The position numbers were made by a program, and so were the translations under genes. From contig CABZFN010000001.1 of assembly GCA_902525035.1 (NCBI GenBank), positions 70,010 through 134,009 of the forward strand: a DNA stretch of 64,000 bases. Reading direction: 5' to 3'. Positions 56,088-64,000 of this stretch are shown here, piece after piece (the first letter of the stretch is position 1; each line of letters starts with the position of its first letter). The notes beneath the pieces were generated by a model. That model was given only the letters and a program-made list of their open reading frames with translations. It made no database searches and had not been told where the DNA came from. Source of the DNA: an uncultured Alphaproteobacteria bacterium (GTDB lineage Bacteria > Pseudomonadota > Alphaproteobacteria > HIMB59 > GCA-002718135).

Positions 56088-56163
56088 TTTAATCAGCACG
56101 CTTGGAAAGCGTGTGTAGTAGCAATACTACCGAGGGTTCGAATCCCTCTCTCTCCGCCATAAA
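56088..56163 (+). repeat. Direct repeat copy 2 (attR-like): orphan 3' fragment of tRNA-Ser (lacks the acceptor 5' strand and most of the D arm)
   Basis: 76/76 identical to 53909-53984. The upstream sequence (ctacactttgta) cannot form the acceptor or D stem, so this is not a functional tRNA. Confidence 0.95.
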
Positions 56164-56185
56164 ATTAGATATTTTAAACACTCAT

Positions 56186-58012
56186 CTAATAAATTATATT
56201 ATTTTTTAGCAAGTTTAGACAGCCAAGATTATTAGGATAAAAAAATATATAATTAAATTTTTTCTTTATTTTTTTAAAACATACTACTTTTTTTTCAGGA
56301 ATACATAATGGATCTATGTCTCCACAAAATAATATATAATTATCATCTTTCTGAATATTTCCAGCATACAAAATAGGAGTAGGTAATCTTATTTTTATTG
56401 TAAATCCATCAATATTTTTTTCATAATAATCTTTTCCAATAACTAATTTTTCAAAACTTTTCATCTCATTAAGTGAAATATTTAACTCATCTAAATTTTT
56501 TATTGTGTTCGGAATATTGTAAAAAAAATTACTAGAAAAAATTATTAATAAAAAAAAAATTAATATTTTTTTATTATAAAAAAATTTCTCATAATAAAAT
56601 CTCGTGATTATTTTTATTGAAATTAAACTAAAAAAAATTGAAAATAAAGCGTAACCAGCAAATCTTGATTGTGGAGTTTTGAAAAACCAAAATAGTATAG
56701 ATAACAAAATTAAAATAATAAGAAAATTTTCAATTTTGGTAACTTCAGGTTTTTTATTTGGTCTAAATTTAATAAAAATAAGAATAATAAAAATTAAAAT
56801 TAAACTTGTTATTGGAATATTTAATAACCTATTTATATCATGGTCCATTAACCAATATTTAGTCCAAAACCTTACATCAGATTTAATATAATCTTTATGA
56901 TTTAAAATATTTTCTGCTTCAGACCAAACAAATTTGTCACTTGTAGTATTTATTGATTTTGAATAAAACATATATCCCTTTGATGAAGCTTCAAGTAGAT
57001 TCATTCTTTTAGAAGTAATTTCTTGATCAAGAGTCCAATTAATTGTTTCTATACATGTGAAGTTTACAGGGTAGAAAATACAACCAGTATTTATTAAATT
57101 TTTTGTAAAGAACGTAAGTGATAAAATAATAATAAATATTGTAAATCTAAGATTATTTATAATTAATCTATTTTCTTTAATTAGTAAAAATATACAATAT
57201 AGTAACAAGGGAAGTATGAAGATGGAGTTTATTCTAAAGATTATTGAAGTAGTAAAAAATAATATTGAATAGAATAAATAAATATTGGACTCTTTTTTAT
57301 AATTATATTTTAATAAATTAATAAACCCAAGAGTTATAAATATTTGAGGAGGTACATCTGCGCCATGATCTTTTAATTTTGAAAATACAACTATTGAAAT
57401 AGCAAGTATAATAAAAGTTATTAATTTAACTTTTAAAAATTCTGAATTTAGAATTTCTATAGTTAAAAAAGAAATAAAACAAAAAAAAATTAAATAATTT
57501 AAAATAAAGTTTAGTTCAAATTTATATGGAGGTAAGGCAAATAACGCAGAGTAATTAAACCAGCTCATATATGGATTTGCTAAAACATCATTGAAATTTA
57601 CTAATCCAAAAATAATTTTATAACTATTAATCAAGTTAAGATATGGGAGATGGTGATAGTAAAAATCTTCATGTAAATTATTACCCAACAAAAAAGGAAA
57701 TAGAAAAATTGTTATAAAAAATAAAATCTTTAGAGAATTATTAATATTAATTTTCTTGGAATAAATTATGAAAAATAATAAGCCTAGTAAATTAACAACT
57801 ATAATTATTAAAAAATCTATTTTATAAAAAAAATGTATGAATATTCCAATAAAGGTTAATAATGGTATAGATAGTAGATATAATTCAAATAGATTTGAGT
57901 TATCATTATTATTAAATATAAGTTTTTTGAAAAAAAAACCATATCCAATTGATGAAAAAAAAATTAAAAATAAATATAGATAAATAATTATTATTTTGTA
58001 AATTATAAACAT
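56186..58012 (-). CDS. Large polytopic membrane protein, GT-C-like glycosyltransferase / glycan polymerase candidate
   Basis: 608 aa with more than 12 hydrophobic helices, an acidic/aromatic first-loop motif (LHEDFYYHH) and a C-terminal soluble region of ~100 aa. It is divergent from sugar-nucleotide modification genes. Confidence 0.4.
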   Translation of the reverse strand: MFIIYKIIIIYLYLFLIFFSSIGYGFFFKKLIFNNNDNSNLFELYLLSIPLLTFIGIFIHFFYKIDFLIIIVVNLLGLLFFIIYSKKININNSLKILFFITIFLFPFLLGNNLHEDFYYHHLPYLNLINSYKIIFGLVNFNDVLANPYMSWFNYSALFALPPYKFELNFILNYLIFFCFISFLTIEILNSEFLKVKLITFIILAISIVVFSKLKDHGADVPPQIFITLGFINLLKYNYKKESNIYLFYSILFFTTSIIFRINSIFILPLLLYCIFLLIKENRLIINNLRFTIFIIILSLTFFTKNLINTGCIFYPVNFTCIETINWTLDQEITSKRMNLLEASSKGYMFYSKSINTTSDKFVWSEAENILNHKDYIKSDVRFWTKYWLMDHDINRLLNIPITSLILIFIILIFIKFRPNKKPEVTKIENFLIILILLSILFWFFKTPQSRFAGYALFSIFFSLISIKIITRFYYEKFFYNKKILIFFLLIIFSSNFFYNIPNTIKNLDELNISLNEMKSFEKLVIGKDYYEKNIDGFTIKIRLPTPILYAGNIQKDDNYILFCGDIDPLCIPEKKVVCFKKIKKKFNYIFFYPNNLGCLNLLKNNIIY

Positions 58013-58018
58013 ACTTAA

Positions 58019-58888
58019 ATGAAAAAAATACTTATCACTGGGGGAGCTGGTTTCATAGCTTCAAATTTAATCAAATTAATTTTAGATAATAATTCAAAAG
58101 TTTTCATATATTCTTACGACAATTATTATTCTGGTTCTCGAAAAAATCACATTAAATCAACTAAAGTAAAATATATTAAAGGAGATACTCAAAAAATAAA
58201 TAAAAACAGATTTTTAAAAAAAATAAATTTTGATCACGTTTTTCATTTTGCAGAATTTTCAAGAATTGTCCCTAGTTTTGATAATTATGATACTTGTATT
58301 AAAACTAATACATATGGAACCTTTGAAGTTATTAAATTTTGTTTAGAGAAAAAAGCAAAATTAATTTATTCAGCATCTTCAAGTACAATTGGTAATAATA
58401 AATTTCTTTCACCTTATTCCTGGTCAAAATATGCAAACAATGAGTTGATCAAAAATTTTTCAAAATGGTTTGGTTTGAAATATGTTATAGTATATTTTTA
58501 TAATGTATACGGACCAAATCAAATAACTAAAGGACATATGTCGGCTGTTATAGGTATTTTTGAAAAACAATACTTATTAGGAAAACCATTAACGGTTGTA
58601 AAGCCTGGGACTCAAAAAAGAGATTTCACTCATGTTGAAGATATAGCTAATGGGACATATCTAGCAGCAACTAAATCTTTAAACTCTGAATTTCACTTAG
58701 GTTCTGGAAAAAACTACTCTATTATAGAAGTAGCTAAAATGTTTAAAAGCAAATATAAACTCGTATCAGAACGGCCTGGAGAAAGATTTTATAGTCTATC
58801 AAAATCAAATAAAGCAAAAATACAATTAAAATATAGAATTAAGAATGATTTAATAAGTTATATAAGAAATTTTATAAATAAGAAATAA
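58019..58888 (+). CDS. NAD-dependent sugar-nucleotide epimerase/dehydratase (extended SDR)
   Basis: 289 aa with the Rossmann motif ITGGAGFIASNL and the catalytic YSWSK (YxxxK). Confidence 0.75.
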   Translation: MKKILITGGAGFIASNLIKLILDNNSKVFIYSYDNYYSGSRKNHIKSTKVKYIKGDTQKINKNRFLKKINFDHVFHFAEFSRIVPSFDNYDTCIKTNTYGTFEVIKFCLEKKAKLIYSASSSTIGNNKFLSPYSWSKYANNELIKNFSKWFGLKYVIVYFYNVYGPNQITKGHMSAVIGIFEKQYLLGKPLTVVKPGTQKRDFTHVEDIANGTYLAATKSLNSEFHLGSGKNYSIIEVAKMFKSKYKLVSERPGERFYSLSKSNKAKIQLKYRIKNDLISYIRNFINKK

Positions 58889-58889
58889 A

Positions 58890-60323
58890 TTGAAGAATTT
58901 ACAAACATACACAATTATAGGTGCAGGACCTTCTGGTCTTGCTGCAGCAAATGAACTATCAAAAAACAAAAATAAAGTTACCGTATATGAAAAGGCTGAT
59001 TTAGTTGGTGGTTTAGCCAGAACAATAGAATACAAAAATTGCAAATATGACATAGGACCTCACAGATTTTATACTCTCAATAAAGAGGTAAATGAATTTT
59101 ATAAAAATACTTTAGGGCCAGATAGTATTACGGTTAAAAGATTAACTAGAATTTTTTATGATAAAAAATATTTTTATTATCCACTTTCACCATTTAATAC
59201 ACTTATAAACCTAGGAATAATAAAAGCGTTTAAGATACTTACAAGCTATTTTTTTTCTAAAATAAAATCAATATTCAATTATAGCAAAATAAAAAATTTT
59301 GAAGATTGGGTTATTTCAAATTTTGGATCTGAATTATATAAAACTTTTTTCAAAAGTTATACCGAAAAAGTATGGGGAATTGAATGTAAAAATATTAGTA
59401 AAGATTGGGCTGCACAAAGAATTAAGAATATAAGTTTTTTTAATGTATTTTTTAATTCTATAATTAAGAAAATAAGAAAGAAAAAAGTAAAATCTCTTGT
59501 AGATTCATTTCAATACCCAAAATATGGAGCTGGTTTTTTTTATAAAAAACTATCTAATAAAATCATAGAAAATGGTGGAAAGATTGAACTTAATTCAAAG
59601 CTTACTCAAATAAATCATTTAGATTATAAGATTAAAAATATTGTTATAAAAAATAGTACTGGAATAGTAGATATAGAAACAGATTTTTTTATTTTTAGTA
59701 ATCCTTTTACTGAAATTATAAGACTATTAAATCCTAAACCACCGCAAAATATTCTAGAGGCATGTAATAATTTAAAATATAGGCATCACATAGGAGTTAA
59801 ACTTGAAATTCATGGACCTATTTTTCAAGATAATTGGATATATGTTCATGATCCAAGAGTTAAAATGGCTAGAATTTCTAATTATAAAAACTTTTCTCCA
59901 TACATGTCGAATAGTATTAATATAAATCCTATTACAGTTGAGTATTTTTGTTTTGAAAATGATAAGATTTGGAACTTGACAGATCAAGAAATTATATCAT
60001 TTGCTATTAAAGAATTAAGATTAGCTGGTATTATTGATTTTAATAATACCGTTAAAAATTCTTTTATAGTGCGTTCATTAAATGCATACCCGGTAATAGC
60101 TAAAGATTACCAAAAATATGTATTAGAAATAAGAAATTATTTAAGAAAATTTAGCAACTTATTCCCTATAGGTAGATCAGGAATGTTTAAGTATAATAAT
60201 CAAGATCATGCTATTGCGACAGGAATGTATATGGCCAGAAATTTAATTAATAAAGATTTTGATATTGATATATGGAATATTAATAGTGAAGGAGTTTATG
60301 TGGAAGGTGAAATAAAAGATTAG
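58890..60323 (+). CDS. FAD/NAD(P)-binding oxidoreductase (amine-oxidase / UDP-galactopyranose-mutase-like fold)
   Basis: 477 aa with the N-terminal dinucleotide motif IIGAGPSGLAAA...VYEK. TTG start 1 nt after the SDR stop. Confidence 0.6.
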   Translation: MKNLQTYTIIGAGPSGLAAANELSKNKNKVTVYEKADLVGGLARTIEYKNCKYDIGPHRFYTLNKEVNEFYKNTLGPDSITVKRLTRIFYDKKYFYYPLSPFNTLINLGIIKAFKILTSYFFSKIKSIFNYSKIKNFEDWVISNFGSELYKTFFKSYTEKVWGIECKNISKDWAAQRIKNISFFNVFFNSIIKKIRKKKVKSLVDSFQYPKYGAGFFYKKLSNKIIENGGKIELNSKLTQINHLDYKIKNIVIKNSTGIVDIETDFFIFSNPFTEIIRLLNPKPPQNILEACNNLKYRHHIGVKLEIHGPIFQDNWIYVHDPRVKMARISNYKNFSPYMSNSININPITVEYFCFENDKIWNLTDQEIISFAIKELRLAGIIDFNNTVKNSFIVRSLNAYPVIAKDYQKYVLEIRNYLRKFSNLFPIGRSGMFKYNNQDHAIATGMYMARNLINKDFDIDIWNINSEGVYVEGEIKD

Positions 60324-60324
60324 A

Positions 60325-62304
60325 TTAATTTATTTTTTTACACCAAAACTGGTACATACCTGAAAAAATTCTTGAATTATTTTTTTCAAAATCTTCCCAT
60401 TTATCTAGATCATATAGATCATTTGTCTGATTATATTTTTTTTTAAATCGATCTAAAACATATGTGTCTTCAAATCCTAAAAAAATTAATCCTAACTTGT
60501 TCATATGACTTCTTATTTTTTTAATTGTAAATCTATGCTCCTGTACATGAAATAATAAATCTCTGACTCCACTTGTTGAATAAAAATCTGGACTAAATTT
60601 AACACTATCCCATGCTGTTATGTTATTTTCAAAAATATCTTTTCTAAAATTAATAATATTTTTTTTTGTAATTTTGATTCTTAAACTATTTATTTTTTCT
60701 CTTATATTTACAATATTTTCTCGAGCTTTTTCACTATATAAACCAATTAACATCAGAGCATCTTTTTTTAAACAATCAGTTATGCATTCCCATCCTACTA
60801 GTGGATCAGCCATATGATGTAGAACACCAACAGATTCAATAATATCGAATTTTTTATCCAATTTTCTTAAGTCTAATAAATCTCCTTGAATAAAGTTTAT
60901 ATTTTTAAAATTTAATTCTTCGGCTTTTCTTTTTGCATAGGATAAACTATTAAAACTTAAGTCTAATGCAAAAATTTCTGAATTTTTGTATTTAGAAGCT
61001 GTAGTTATTGCGTGTTGTCCAGTACCACATCCAGCGATTAAAATTTCTGGATTTTTAGAAAAATTTAATTTTTTAAAATCTACATTTAAATTTATATTTT
61101 CAATTACTTCATTTATAACTCTGGGCTCAATACTTAAACCAAGATTAGTCCATCTAGGATATGGATTTTCTTCATATTGATTTTTGACTTTTATTGATAT
61201 TTTATCATTAATTTTTGAAATTGATTTTATTTTTTGGATATATTTTTTTTCTTCATTATAATTTCTATATTGTAATATAAATGTCTCTTTTAATTCATTT
61301 GAAGGATTTATTTTTTTACACCAATCAAAGCTATATAATGGAGAATAACAAGATAATATAAGTATTTCTAAATCATTTATTTCTTTTGTATTAATATTTT
61401 TTTTAATTCTTTCATTAATCGTATTAACTTTAAATCTTTCTTCATCTGTCTCATAATATACATATTCATTTAAAAAACATTGAGCTGATAATGAAATTAA
61501 GAATTTCAAATAAATATTTTTAAAATTTAAATTATAAATTTGATTTAAAATTTCATTTCTAATTTTAATGAAATTTTTTTCAATGTAATAATTAGAAATA
61601 GGACAAACTTTCATAAATTTTAACAAAAGTTTATTCTTGTTTAATAATTCTATTATTTTATCCAAATTTTTTGGATAGATGTTATTTTCTAATAAAAAAA
61701 AATTATCTTTTAAATTTGTATTTAAAAATAAACCATTTATTACATTTGTAGCTATAGCATTTGGTCGAACAATTATTTTTTTTTCAAGAAGATATAATAA
61801 AAATTTATTTATGTATTTATTCTTCTCATCTAATATGTAATGTTGAAGAACTCCGGATAAATTGTAAAATCCTCTTATATAATTTGGGTTTATGGTGAGT
61901 GTTTGTATATAATAATCAAGAGCTTTTTTATTTAAATTTCTTTTTCTAAATATATTTCCTAAGTTATTGTAAGCCTTATAATAACTCTTATCTAATTCTA
62001 TAACTTTTTCATAATTTTTGATTGCATTGTCTTCTTCACCAAGTTTGTTATAAATATTTGCTAGGTTATAATATCCGTCATTGTATTTTGGGTTTAAATT
62101 TATAACTTTTATAAATAGTTTTTTTGCTAAAAAGTAATTTTTTAGTTCAGTATGAATTACTCCTGAAATATTATTTATTAAGATTGAATTAGGGTAGTCA
62201 CTGATAGTTCTATTAGATAAATCAAGAGCTTCTAAATATTTTTTTTTATTAAATAAGAATATTATTTGTTCAATAATATTTTTATCAGGTTCTTCTTTAA
62301 TCAT
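60325..62304 (-). CDS. TPR-repeat protein fused to a class I SAM-dependent methyltransferase
   Basis: 659 aa. The N-terminus has ~5 TPR-like units (A...Y.KVI.L.P.Y..AY.NLGN), and the C-terminus has methyltransferase motif I (ILIAGCGTGQHA) and post-I (ALDLS). Confidence 0.7.
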   Translation of the reverse strand: MIKEEPDKNIIEQIIFLFNKKKYLEALDLSNRTISDYPNSILINNISGVIHTELKNYFLAKKLFIKVINLNPKYNDGYYNLANIYNKLGEEDNAIKNYEKVIELDKSYYKAYNNLGNIFRKRNLNKKALDYYIQTLTINPNYIRGFYNLSGVLQHYILDEKNKYINKFLLYLLEKKIIVRPNAIATNVINGLFLNTNLKDNFFLLENNIYPKNLDKIIELLNKNKLLLKFMKVCPISNYYIEKNFIKIRNEILNQIYNLNFKNIYLKFLISLSAQCFLNEYVYYETDEERFKVNTINERIKKNINTKEINDLEILILSCYSPLYSFDWCKKINPSNELKETFILQYRNYNEEKKYIQKIKSISKINDKISIKVKNQYEENPYPRWTNLGLSIEPRVINEVIENINLNVDFKKLNFSKNPEILIAGCGTGQHAITTASKYKNSEIFALDLSFNSLSYAKRKAEELNFKNINFIQGDLLDLRKLDKKFDIIESVGVLHHMADPLVGWECITDCLKKDALMLIGLYSEKARENIVNIREKINSLRIKITKKNIINFRKDIFENNITAWDSVKFSPDFYSTSGVRDLLFHVQEHRFTIKKIRSHMNKLGLIFLGFEDTYVLDRFKKKYNQTNDLYDLDKWEDFEKNNSRIFSGMYQFWCKKIN

Positions 62305-63882
62305 TTATATTACTGAAGATATTAGTTTTTTTGTATATTCTGATTTAGGTGAAACAAAAATATCTCTACTATAATTTTCTTCAACAATTAAACCATCTTT
62401 TAAAACAATTATTTTATTAGCAATAGCTCTTATAACTCTCATATCATGACTTATAAAAATATAACTTAAGTCTAGTTCTTTTTGTAAATTATTTAATAAA
62501 CTTAATATTTGATTCTGAATTGTTACATCTAATGCTGAAGTTGGTTCATCTAATATTAGTATTTTAGGTTCTAAAATCAAAGCTCTAGCAATTGCAATTC
62601 TTTGTCGTTGACCACCAGAAAATTCATGAGGATATTTTTCTATTGTATTTTCATAGACTAAACCAACTTTTTCCAAAATATTTTTTAATTTTTTTCTTTT
62701 TTCTCTTGAACTAATATTAGGATAATGAACCATTAAACCTTCTGATATAATATCTTCGATATTCATTCTTGGACTTAGGGATGAGAATGGATCTTGAAAT
62801 ACAACTTGAATATTTTTTCTTAAATCTAAAACCTCTTTTTTACTTAAATTATTTAAATTTTTTTTATTTATTATTATTTCTCCTTTAGATTGTATTAATT
62901 TTAGAATTGCCAAAATAAGTGACGTTTTTCCTGAACCAGATTCGCCCACAATTCCAATAGTTTCTCCAATTTTTAAATTAAAGCTTACATTCTTAATTGC
63001 TTTTACATAGTCAATTGTTCTTCTAAGTAATCCTTTTTTTATGGGATACCAAACATTTAGATCCTTAATACTTATTATTGATTCACTTTTTTGATTACTG
63101 TTTTCTTTAATATTACTTTCATTGGATACTAATTCTTTAGTATATTCATGTTTAGGATTATTAAATATTATTTCTTTTGTACCAAATTCAATTACTTTAC
63201 CATTTTTCATGACATATATATAATCTGATAATTTTTTTACTACAGAGAGATCATGGCTTATAAAAACCATAGACATACCCATTTTTTTTTGAATATCTTG
63301 TAATAACTCTAAGATTTGTAATTGGATAGTTACATCTAAAGCTGTAGTTGGCTCATCGGCTATTAATAAATCTGGTTCATTTGCAATACTCATCGCAATC
63401 ATAGCTCTTTGTCTTTGTCCCCCCGATAGTTCATATGGGTATATTTTTGGTCTTGATGAAATATCACTAAGGCCAACTTCATTTAGTAATTTTATAGTTC
63501 TTTTTTTTGCTTCTTTTTTACTTAGCGTATTATGTGTAGTAATTATTTCTTCAATTTGCTTATTTATTGTATGTAGTGGGTTTAAACTCGTCATTGGTTC
63601 CTGAAATATTGTTGAAATTTTATTTCCTCTTATATTTTGAATTTCCTTTTGACTTAAATTCAACAAATTTTTATTATTATATATTATTTTTCCTGTTTTA
63701 ATGTTGGCTCCATTAGGCAATAATTTTAATATGCTTAGAGCTGATAATGTTTTACCTGATCCAGACTCTCCAACTATTGCTGTAGTTTTACCTTTTACTA
63801 CATCAATATTTACATTTCTAACTACGTCAGTATATTTATTAAACCCTATACTTAAGTTATTTATTGATATTATTTTTTCCAT
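62305..63882 (-). CDS. Peptide/opine-type ABC transporter, fused double ATP-binding protein (YejF-like)
   Basis: 525 aa with two complete ABC cassettes (GESGSGKT x2, LSGGQRQR x2, DEPT x2). Confidence 0.85.
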   Translation of the reverse strand: MEKIISINNLSIGFNKYTDVVRNVNIDVVKGKTTAIVGESGSGKTLSALSILKLLPNGANIKTGKIIYNNKNLLNLSQKEIQNIRGNKISTIFQEPMTSLNPLHTINKQIEEIITTHNTLSKKEAKKRTIKLLNEVGLSDISSRPKIYPYELSGGQRQRAMIAMSIANEPDLLIADEPTTALDVTIQLQILELLQDIQKKMGMSMVFISHDLSVVKKLSDYIYVMKNGKVIEFGTKEIIFNNPKHEYTKELVSNESNIKENSNQKSESIISIKDLNVWYPIKKGLLRRTIDYVKAIKNVSFNLKIGETIGIVGESGSGKTSLILAILKLIQSKGEIIINKKNLNNLSKKEVLDLRKNIQVVFQDPFSSLSPRMNIEDIISEGLMVHYPNISSREKRKKLKNILEKVGLVYENTIEKYPHEFSGGQRQRIAIARALILEPKILILDEPTSALDVTIQNQILSLLNNLQKELDLSYIFISHDMRVIRAIANKIIVLKDGLIVEENYSRDIFVSPKSEYTKKLISSVI

Positions 63883-63883
63883 T

Positions 63884-64000
63884 TTAATTAAAAGTCTTTC
63901 TTGGGTCTAGTGAGTCTCTTATTGCTTCACCTACAAAAACTAAAAGGCCTAACATTAAACCTAAAGTTAAGAAACTTGTAATTCCAAGCCATGGGGCTTG
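63884..64000 (-). CDS. ABC transporter permease, C-terminal end (DppC/OppC/YejE-like); 5' part lies outside the window
   Basis: The reverse-strand translation to the window edge is QAPWLGITSFLTLGLMLGLLVFVGEAIRDSLDPRKTFN*. GEAIRDSLDPR is the typical C-terminus of peptide-ABC permeases. The stop is 1 nt before the ATPase start. Confidence 0.8.
   Translation of the reverse strand, partial: QAPWLGITSFLTLGLMLGLLVFVGEAIRDSLDPRKTFN

Overview
The window is a strongly AT-rich, very gene-dense alphaproteobacterial chromosome segment. I infer it is SAR11/Pelagibacter-like from three things: many start/stop overlaps, tiny intergenic spacers, and alphaproteobacterial synteny. About 90% of it is core housekeeping:
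- dnaN(partial)-recF-gyrB, then the regB-regA redox two-component system
- polA, and a eukaryote-like class Ia RNR operon (nrdA-nrdB-grx)
- chvI-chvG-ahcY-metK-tsaE, then trxA
- folC-accD-trpA-trpB-trpF-pyrF-ihfB-rpsA-cmk-aroA-lptB-lptA-lptC-kdsD on the minus strand
- gltD-gltB, and infC-rpmI-rplT-pheS-pheT-lepA

Three patches are envelope/glycan genes: 5.8-9.0 kb, 44.2-47.2 kb and 56.2-62.3 kb. The window ends in a YejEF-like peptide ABC transporter.

The most unusual locus is at 53.9-56.2 kb. An intact tRNA-Ser(GGA) sits directly after lepA. The 3' 76 bp of that region, starting in the tRNA D-loop and running 4 bp past CCA, is repeated perfectly 2.1 kb downstream, an attL/attR-like signature. 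The bracketed insert has no integrase. It consists of two diverged paralogous modules of about 1 kb. Each module has a small membrane protein translationally linked to a roughly 200-aa soluble protein of unknown function. A C/A-rich motif of about 30 nt, present three times in direct orientation, separates the modules.

Other points worth checking:
- an unannotated 42-codon ArfA-like ORF after polA
- an identical FDE[A/D]F C-terminal tail shared by NrdB and the adjacent glutaredoxin
- a 43-codon ORF in frame with nrdA and abutting its start codon, overlapping an NrdR-box-like palindrome
- a GC-rich hairpin in the rpmI-rplT leader

No rRNA, CRISPR array, transposase or integrase is visible in the window.
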